Positions 58,137-64,000 of a stretch of DNA of 64,000 nucleotides are shown here, one piece after another. A program made the translations under genes and the position numbers. Every line of letters begins with the position of its first letter. Within the stretch, counting starts at the first letter, position 1. The notes under the pieces are model-generated. The model did no database searches and was not told the origin of the DNA. It saw only the letters and a program-made list of their open reading frames with translations. Origin of the DNA: an uncultured Pseudomonadales bacterium (GTDB lineage: Bacteria; Patescibacteriota; Microgenomatia; UBA1400; Chazhemtobacteraceae). The stretch is from positions 81,018 through 145,017 of the forward strand of contig CAZUBK010000003.1 in assembly GCA_964618725.1 (NCBI GenBank). The letters are read 5' to 3'.

Positions 58137-58967
58137 TTACTTCCCCTTCCCAACTCCATTCTTTTTCCCCACCATTCTTGGTGCCACCACCAAAACCCCT
58201 ATCCCCACCACTGCCACTACAACCCCAACCATCAACCCTAGATTCATAAACTCACTTACCAACTCGGGTATCAATTTAGCTACTAAAGGCTGCGTTGCTA
58301 CTGCTTGCGACAAAACTATTCTCAACCCATTGCTCGCTCCCAAGGCGATAACCACTGCCAACAAACCGGAGACAGTCAAAAGAGTCCCCGTCCCCTTCAT
58401 TTTCCCCATCTGAGTTGATCCCATTGCATAGTGTCCAATACCCAAAAGAATTAGCAACACCACCAGCCCTCCCCAAACTAGGCCAAACACTCTCCACCAA
58501 CCGGGGATCTGATTGATTTGTTCCAACACCGTCTCAACTTGTTCTGTCGGCATTGATGCCCTCAATAGTACCTCCACCTTCACTTCCCCTTTGAGTTGCG
58601 AGAAAGGCGGCCTACTCAACAATGACGCTGGCAAACCTAGCTTGTCTAAAGGCAAGAACAATACCAATTCTTTCTCTCCCCCCTTGATGAAACCCAAAAA
58701 TCTCTCAAGATTTATCTCGATTATTTTCTGTATCTCCTCTGCCGTCAACACTTTATCCAAACCCTTCACTGCTTTCTTGTCCATCGTCAACCCCGCCATC
58801 ATCTCCCCTGCTCCGCTCTGCAACTCCTCATATACTCCCGATTTCTCCAAAACCCCACTCCAGAAAACCGTTTCCGATACCCTGAATTTAACTGCACTCA
58901 ATGCCAGAAAGACAAGAAACACCCCTACAAAAATCCCTCCCACAACCAATCTAAAAAAACGCTTCAT
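58137..58967 (-). CDS. Hypothetical membrane protein.
   Basis: Hydrophobic helices are present at the N-terminus and the C-terminus. Confidence 0.5.
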   Translation of the reverse strand: MKRFFRLVVGGIFVGVFLVFLALSAVKFRVSETVFWSGVLEKSGVYEELQSGAGEMMAGLTMDKKAVKGLDKVLTAEEIQKIIEINLERFLGFIKGGEKELVLFLPLDKLGLPASLLSRPPFSQLKGEVKVEVLLRASMPTEQVETVLEQINQIPGWWRVFGLVWGGLVVLLILLGIGHYAMGSTQMGKMKGTGTLLTVSGLLAVVIALGASNGLRIVLSQAVATQPLVAKLIPELVSEFMNLGLMVGVVVAVVGIGVLVVAPRMVGKKNGVGKGK

Positions 58968-58988
58968 TTTTCAAGTAATGATTACTAT

Positions 58989-59708
58989 TTACGAGTTTGT
59001 CTCGGTTTCTCCTTCATCCTTTAGTCTAATAGACTCAAGCGAATCCTTCAGAACCTGGGAATATTTATCCCATGACTCGCTTGGAGCAGATGCCGTCGCC
59101 ACTAGGTAATAGGCATCATTTAGATAATAGACATATTGGATTTGGTGAACTACCAACCCGTCTGGACGAGTATTCAGCATTTCCAAGACAACCACATCCA
59201 CCCCGTTTACTTTCTTAGAATAACTACTCACTTCTTCCATGCTGGGACTACCCGCTAACGTTTCTTTTGTCCAACCTGCTTCATAATCAGCAAAAGAAGT
59301 TATTCCCACTGGATGTTTTGCCGCCGAAGAGTTCAGGTTAACCGTAAACGTTCCCCCGCCCGGCAACTTCTCCGAAATCTGCGATCCCGCCACAAAGTCA
59401 ACCTGTTCATTGGACCCAATTGACCAGCCAATCGGTAGTTTAATCCCCACCGTCAACGCTCCCTCTGCCGCCTTAAAAGTGGTTTCTTTGGTCATTAGCT
59501 GTTGACTTTGAGCCACTCCCTTCGATTGAGTAGGGGTTTCCCCTTCCGCCGATCCCCCTCTTGTCTTAGTTACACTAAAGTTCATCTTCAAAGCACCTGT
59601 CACCGCCAGAATCACAATAATTAACACCACCACCACCAAACCAATCAGAAACTTGTTTTTGAGCAGGTTTTTCATTTTATTCAACAGATTTATTAATACC
59701 TCCAACAT
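58989..59708 (-). CDS. Hypothetical membrane-anchored extracytoplasmic protein.
   Basis: A signal-anchor helix is present at the N-terminus (FLIGLVVVVLIIVILAV). Confidence 0.5.
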   Translation of the reverse strand: MLEVLINLLNKMKNLLKNKFLIGLVVVVLIIVILAVTGALKMNFSVTKTRGGSAEGETPTQSKGVAQSQQLMTKETTFKAAEGALTVGIKLPIGWSIGSNEQVDFVAGSQISEKLPGGGTFTVNLNSSAAKHPVGITSFADYEAGWTKETLAGSPSMEEVSSYSKKVNGVDVVVLEMLNTRPDGLVVHQIQYVYYLNDAYYLVATASAPSESWDKYSQVLKDSLESIRLKDEGETETNS

Positions 59709-60069
59709 TTAATAGAGTTTGAGATAGAAGCACACCCATCGTCACCAACACCACACCCACCGACATCGCCATGAGACCAGAGTAATTAGCACTCGTCGCC
59801 ACCCCCGCCACCTGGCCCAAATTCAATGCATCCATCCCTATTGCCAAACCATTAGTGCTTAACTCCCCCCCCGCTCCAAGCACAAGGGGGCTAGGACTTA
59901 ACTCGAAGTTAGCTCCCAGCACCAAAGCACTCAGTTTCCCCAAAAAAACATTTATCCCCAGCTCAATCGACAAAGCCGCCAGTTGCGTCATTACCTATAT
60001 TTTCATCACCTCGCTCCTCACTGTCAATAGTTAGTTGCAATCATCCTTTCAATAACCAATACTCAATCT

Positions 60070-61125
60070 ATGCACAAAATCAAACTCCCTCTTCTTGTGT
60101 TCACCAACCTCCTCTTTTTCTATTCTGCCGCCACCAACGTACATGCCGTAAACCTCACCGGTGAATGGTTGACCTCATCAGGCCTGCAATTGGAGGCCGA
60201 ACAAACCGGTAACACTTTTTCACTCATCGTCATTGATCCCGACGTACCAGAGAAATATCAGGGTATCGCCGAATTAAAGGGGGTCATTAACGGCAATACT
60301 TTTACCGGCCAAAGTTTTATCGTTGCGCAGGGGTGCCCCAATCTCGATGGTTACAAACCCGCCAGCGGTACCATAACCAACACTAGGATTGAAGCCACAA
60401 CCGTCCTCTCAACATTCGATCTTGAGACTTGTACGAGAGACCCTGGTACCGAAGTTGAAACTACCGGCATTTATACCAAGGTCCTTTCTCCCGAGGAAAA
60501 AGCCCTTCTAGACTATCAGGATCGACTCAAAGACGACTTCGCCAACCGTTCCGGACCAATTATCGACTCCTCCACCACTACTATTATCAGCACCTCCCCC
60601 GTTGTTCAAAGCAGTGAAAAATACCCTGTTAACGTGGGTGCCGACACCAGACCCAATCCTTCCACTTATATTGACTATCTCGATCAACTGCCCAACATTT
60701 CAGTTCCTGACTTTGGTCAAGAAGTTGCCCGCATCAGCAACTTCGCAGGCAACCTTACCCTCCATCAATCATACAAAGGACAAGCCCGTGATCAGACACC
60801 CTATAAAACCGGCACCAGCATTCACCACAACACTCTTTATGCCAACGATACCTTTAGTTTCAAAGGTGACGGCTTTATCCAATATCATGGTATCGACGGC
60901 TCAACCAAACAGTTCATGACTGCCGGCTACGCCAAGGAACATGGGTTTGGCGACCAAATCAAACCCGGCCAAGCGGGCCTCGAAATTGTTCTCAAATCGG
61001 CTGATACCTTGCCTATTCCGGTCCCTCCCCCCGGACCAATTAGGCAATTTTTTAACTGGCTCGGCGAGTTACTTACCCCCGAACCGCAACCCACTCCTTA
61101 CGGGATTGTCGGCGTCAAAGGCTAA
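60070..61125 (+). CDS. Hypothetical secreted protein.
   Basis: A signal peptide MHKIKLPLLVFTNLLFFYSAATNVHA is present. Confidence 0.55.
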   Translation: MHKIKLPLLVFTNLLFFYSAATNVHAVNLTGEWLTSSGLQLEAEQTGNTFSLIVIDPDVPEKYQGIAELKGVINGNTFTGQSFIVAQGCPNLDGYKPASGTITNTRIEATTVLSTFDLETCTRDPGTEVETTGIYTKVLSPEEKALLDYQDRLKDDFANRSGPIIDSSTTTIISTSPVVQSSEKYPVNVGADTRPNPSTYIDYLDQLPNISVPDFGQEVARISNFAGNLTLHQSYKGQARDQTPYKTGTSIHHNTLYANDTFSFKGDGFIQYHGIDGSTKQFMTAGYAKEHGFGDQIKPGQAGLEIVLKSADTLPIPVPPPGPIRQFFNWLGELLTPEPQPTPYGIVGVKG

Positions 61126-61128
61126 CAT

Positions 61129-61869
61129 ATGAAATTCACAGAAAAACTTCTCCAAATTAAAGACCAAGTCTCTCACCATCCAATCACCCTTCGGTTAGTA
61201 AAACGCCGTCGCCCTCTCCTCATCTTTCTTAGTATTGTCCTGCTCACCATCCTCGCTCTAACTCTTTTTTTGACACTAAAATCAACAAATGTTTCTCCCT
61301 ACACCGCTACTTATCAAATTGAAACTCAAATCACATTCGGCGATGTCTACAACCAACAAACAGAAAAAGTAATCGTCAACCACTTAAATGGCCTCTATAA
61401 ATCACAGCGGTTTGTCAATGATATTGTCCTTTTAGAAAGTATGCATAATACTCCTGAGGGTTTTGTCCGCTGCTCCCTCAACGAAGATGAGGTCTTTGAT
61501 TGTCAGCGGTTAGGCGAAGCTTTAACCAAAAACATCGGCCGTCCTCCTAAGGTCAAGGGCTTGCAAAAAAGCTCCCCCACCTCCCAAAAAATTAACCTTG
61601 CCGGCCAAGACCGTCCCTGCCAAGAAACTACCTACACCCTCCCCTCAGCACCCGACCCCAACGATCCAGTTCAAGGCCTTACCGCTACCGTCTGTATTGA
61701 CGAACAACTCCACATTCCCCTAACCGCCAGCTTCACTATTCACTACAAAGTGAATGACATCACACAGATCAAAGACCTCACCGTCGAGCAAACTCGAACT
61801 ATCACCGAACTTAATACCACTCCCAACCTCTCAATTTCCGATTTTGCTGCCCCCACCACCACCAACTAA
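61129..61869 (+). CDS. Hypothetical membrane-anchored protein.
   Basis: An N-terminal TM helix is present (LLIFLSIVLLTILALTLFLTL). The gene starts 3 bp after the upstream stop. Confidence 0.5.
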   Translation: MKFTEKLLQIKDQVSHHPITLRLVKRRRPLLIFLSIVLLTILALTLFLTLKSTNVSPYTATYQIETQITFGDVYNQQTEKVIVNHLNGLYKSQRFVNDIVLLESMHNTPEGFVRCSLNEDEVFDCQRLGEALTKNIGRPPKVKGLQKSSPTSQKINLAGQDRPCQETTYTLPSAPDPNDPVQGLTATVCIDEQLHIPLTASFTIHYKVNDITQIKDLTVEQTRTITELNTTPNLSISDFAAPTTTN

Positions 61870-61883
61870 AGCAGCTCATTCAG

Positions 61884-62816
61884 TTGACAACTCTTTATTC
61901 AAACGCCGATACTACTAATATGTCCAAAGCTCATCCCAAGAATCTCATCTTCGTCCCTCTTATTGCCGCCTTCAGCATCTTTAATATGCCCAGTATCACT
62001 CTGCAACTGCCACGTATCGAATTCAAAATGCCCGATACTACTTCAAGAATGCCTAGATTTGAGATTACCATGCCTGACACAACCCCGAGAATGCCAGATA
62101 CCACCCCCCGAATGCCTGATACAACTCCCGTTATGCCCGACACAACTCCGAGAATGCCCGGACTACTCAACTATTTTTACAATTTCTATACCGGCATACG
62201 CAAATTCCTTGCTCCTCCTACTCCCTCCAATATCCCCATGCCCCTTGGTCAATGGCAGCAAGACGCCCCCACCCCAACCCCGACTCCCATCTACAAAACT
62301 CCCGCCGGCACTCTTCAAATTGGCACCTATAAGTCTCCCGCTCCCTCAGTCACCCTCACACCCAACCAACCAGTTCTTTCTTCTTTCTCTATCAATGCTC
62401 CCTCCGGTTGGTATCGTAGTAATGGTTCCGGCACTCTCCTTGTTCGTTTCGATTCACCCAAAGTCGATATTCAAAAAATCGAAGACGGCAGTCTAACCAC
62501 CAATGCTTTCATTATCGTCCGCGCCACTGACGCTTACTCAAGCCTCGATGATTTTGTCACTCAATACAAGTCATCTAACTCTGCTGCTACTCTGCTTAGT
62601 TCTTCCAATACCACCGTTAACGGCCAGACCGCCTCTTCCCTCGAATTCACCTATACCACTACTATCGAGACAAAGAAGCTTCTTACTCACGAAATGGACC
62701 TTCTTCTCTTCAAAAATGGCTATAGTTTCCTCATAAAAGGGACCTCCGCCGACTCCGCCTGGAATGAAAACAGCAGTGACCTTCGCTCTGCTCTTTATTC
62801 TTTCAAATTTAACTAA
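61884..62816 (+). CDS. Hypothetical secreted or membrane protein with tandem MPDTTPR heptapeptide repeats.
   Basis: The repeat run MPDTTSRMPRFEITMPDTTPRMPDTTPRMPDTTPVMPDTTPRMPG is present. An N-terminal hydrophobic segment is present. Confidence 0.5.
   Translation: MTTLYSNADTTNMSKAHPKNLIFVPLIAAFSIFNMPSITLQLPRIEFKMPDTTSRMPRFEITMPDTTPRMPDTTPRMPDTTPVMPDTTPRMPGLLNYFYNFYTGIRKFLAPPTPSNIPMPLGQWQQDAPTPTPTPIYKTPAGTLQIGTYKSPAPSVTLTPNQPVLSSFSINAPSGWYRSNGSGTLLVRFDSPKVDIQKIEDGSLTTNAFIIVRATDAYSSLDDFVTQYKSSNSAATLLSSSNTTVNGQTASSLEFTYTTTIETKKLLTHEMDLLLFKNGYSFLIKGTSADSAWNENSSDLRSALYSFKFN
62028..62162 (+). repeat. 21-bp tandem repeat, about 6.4 imperfect copies, each beginning with ATGCC.
   Basis: The units start at 62028, 62049, 62070, 62091, 62112 and 62133. 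Confidence 0.75.
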
Positions 62817-62824
62817 ACAAGCCT

Positions 62825-63685
62825 TTATTCGTTTTCAAATTCCTTGGTCACTTTTAGAGTTTCTTTGTTCACCCTATACCAATTAAACGTCGCTGTGTGC
62901 GACGAACCATCTCTCTCCACTATAATTTCGTATACCTGAACCAACCACACATCTCCCCCATCTTCCAACCCAAAAGTTACCTCTTTGCCCTCAGCAGATA
63001 ATCGTTTCGTGTATTTCTTCACCTCTTTCTCCGCTTTAACAGTGTCAAAAGCCTCGCGTCTACCCGCCACCGGATCAAATGATCCCATTATTTTATTTAT
63101 CATCTCCTGATATTCCTTTATCACATCTTCATGGATCGCTCCCTTGATGTTTACCCAAGTCTCGTCCCCCAAAGGTACTCCATATTCTTGAAAAACATAG
63201 AACTTCCCCTTATCTTCCATTGCTCCCCGGGCCAAATATCCACTCACCGTCGCCGGTGTCCCATCGTTCTCGAATCGCGACTCAAATGAACTCAAGACAT
63301 ATGCCTTGTCCTTTCTGTAACCTTCTTTAATATCTGCCACCACCTGTTCCTCTCCACCTTCTTCTAAAAGTCGAGGCTCAACCAGGAATTGTATTGCCAC
63401 AAACGTTTTTCCGTCCGAACTCTTAGCAATATCTGCCGGCTGCTCTTTTTGTGAATCATCCATTACCCAACCAGATGGCATTTTGATTACATATCCAAAC
63501 TTAACACTTCTGAATATCTGCCATCCCCGATACGGATCTCTGAACCACCGTCCCCCTAAGACTATCCCCACCACTAAACCAATCGATACTACTAACATTA
63601 ATCCCATCAACCATAATCGCCTTGGTCTTTTATCTTGTCTCACCTCTTTACCATAACATTTCTCTAAACCCCACTTAATCGACAA
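62825..63685 (-). CDS. Hypothetical membrane-anchored protein.
   Basis: An N-terminal TM helix is present ([21 protein letters not shown]). Confidence 0.5.
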   Translation of the reverse strand: MSIKWGLEKCYGKEVRQDKRPRRLWLMGLMLVVSIGLVVGIVLGGRWFRDPYRGWQIFRSVKFGYVIKMPSGWVMDDSQKEQPADIAKSSDGKTFVAIQFLVEPRLLEEGGEEQVVADIKEGYRKDKAYVLSSFESRFENDGTPATVSGYLARGAMEDKGKFYVFQEYGVPLGDETWVNIKGAIHEDVIKEYQEMINKIMGSFDPVAGRREAFDTVKAEKEVKKYTKRLSAEGKEVTFGLEDGGDVWLVQVYEIIVERDGSSHTATFNWYRVNKETLKVTKEFENE

Positions 63686-64000
63686 ATGTCAAAGCCGTTC
63701 CCTTTTTATCTGCTCGCCCAGTTCTCCCGATTCGGTGAACATAGTCTTCATAAGACTCTGGTACATCAAAGTTGATTACGTGAGTCACATTCTGGATATC
63801 AATTCCTCGACTGGCCACATCGGTCGCTAAAAGAATCTTCACTTCGCTCGCCTTCAGCTGTTGAAGCGCACGTTGCCTTTGCCCCTGGCTCTTGTTGCCA
63901 TGGATTGACGCCACCTTGAAACCCCGCTTCATTAAGGCTATCTCCAGCTTGTCTACTCCCCATTTAGTTCGTCCGAATATTAGTACCCGATCAAATCCCT
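63675..64000 (-). CDS. DEAD/DEAH-box helicase, C-terminal part only. The 5' end of the gene lies beyond the window end.
   Basis: The helicase-C motif [11 protein letters not shown] and the [13 protein letters not shown] segment are present. The ORF runs off the window. Confidence 0.65.
   Translation of the reverse strand, partial: GFDRVLIFGRTKWGVDKLEIALMKRGFKVASIHGNKSQGQRQRALQQLKASEVKILLATDVASRGIDIQNVTHVINFDVPESYEDYVHRIGRTGRADKKGTALTFVD

Noticed and set aside
59677-59991. Minus-strand 104-aa Gly/Ala/Leu-rich ORF.
   Set aside because: It overlaps the start of the 58989..59708 gene and has low-complexity composition. It is probably not a separate gene.
1-64000. Possibility of an alternative genetic code (UGA recoded, as in some CPR lineages).
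   Set aside because: All conserved genes are full-length in the standard-code ORF track. TGA is used as a stop, for example by the DGR target gene.
1-64000. CRISPR arrays, tRNA or rRNA genes.
   Set aside because: I found no regularly spaced short direct repeats and no tRNA-like cloverleaf or rRNA-like segments in the non-coding gaps. The tandem repeats present are in-frame coding repeats.

Overview
This 64 kb window is densely coded, with most genes on the minus strand. That strand's coding sequence is purine-rich, so the plus strand carries many spurious antisense ORFs. The standard genetic code applies, since TGA acts as a stop. Gene content suggests a small-genome, possibly CPR/Patescibacteria-like bacterium, but I cannot confirm that from sequence alone.

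- **Cell envelope:** a GH18 hydrolase, PBP1A, a 1794-aa surface protein, and disulfide-bond systems (CcdA/TlpA and VKOR/DsbA).
- **Sugar-phosphate metabolism:** split transketolase halves flanking rpsP, plus RpiB, Rpe, class I FBA, a PfkB kinase and LDH/MDH.
- **Fe-S cluster assembly:** an extended SUF locus, including Rrf2, SufC, SufB, a short SufD, SufS and SufU, with SufT, ferredoxin and FNR nearby.
- **Stress and carbon modules:** a PrkA–YhbH–SpoVR triad next to an aceB–aceA glyoxylate-shunt pair.
- **Other:** a VapBC toxin-antitoxin pair.

The standout feature is a complete diversity-generating retroelement (DGR) at about 43.7–46.4 kb:
- a Brt-like reverse transcriptase on the minus strand, split by a frameshift inside a (CT)12 tract;
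- a four-helix-bundle Avd gene on the opposite strand, with its start codon 3 bp from the RT start;
- a ~118-bp template repeat (TR) rich in in-frame AAC codons;
- a matching variable repeat (VR) at the 3' end of a 278-aa target gene.

The two repeats differ at 13 positions. Every difference falls on a TR adenine, which is the textbook DGR mutagenesis signature. A perfect palindromic hairpin lies just downstream of the VR.

Secondary curiosities are listed in the findings. They include a 35-nt motif shared by two distant intergenic regions, a 40-bp duplication of the sufU start between sufS and sufU, and a Cys/Gly-rich tail on RpiB.
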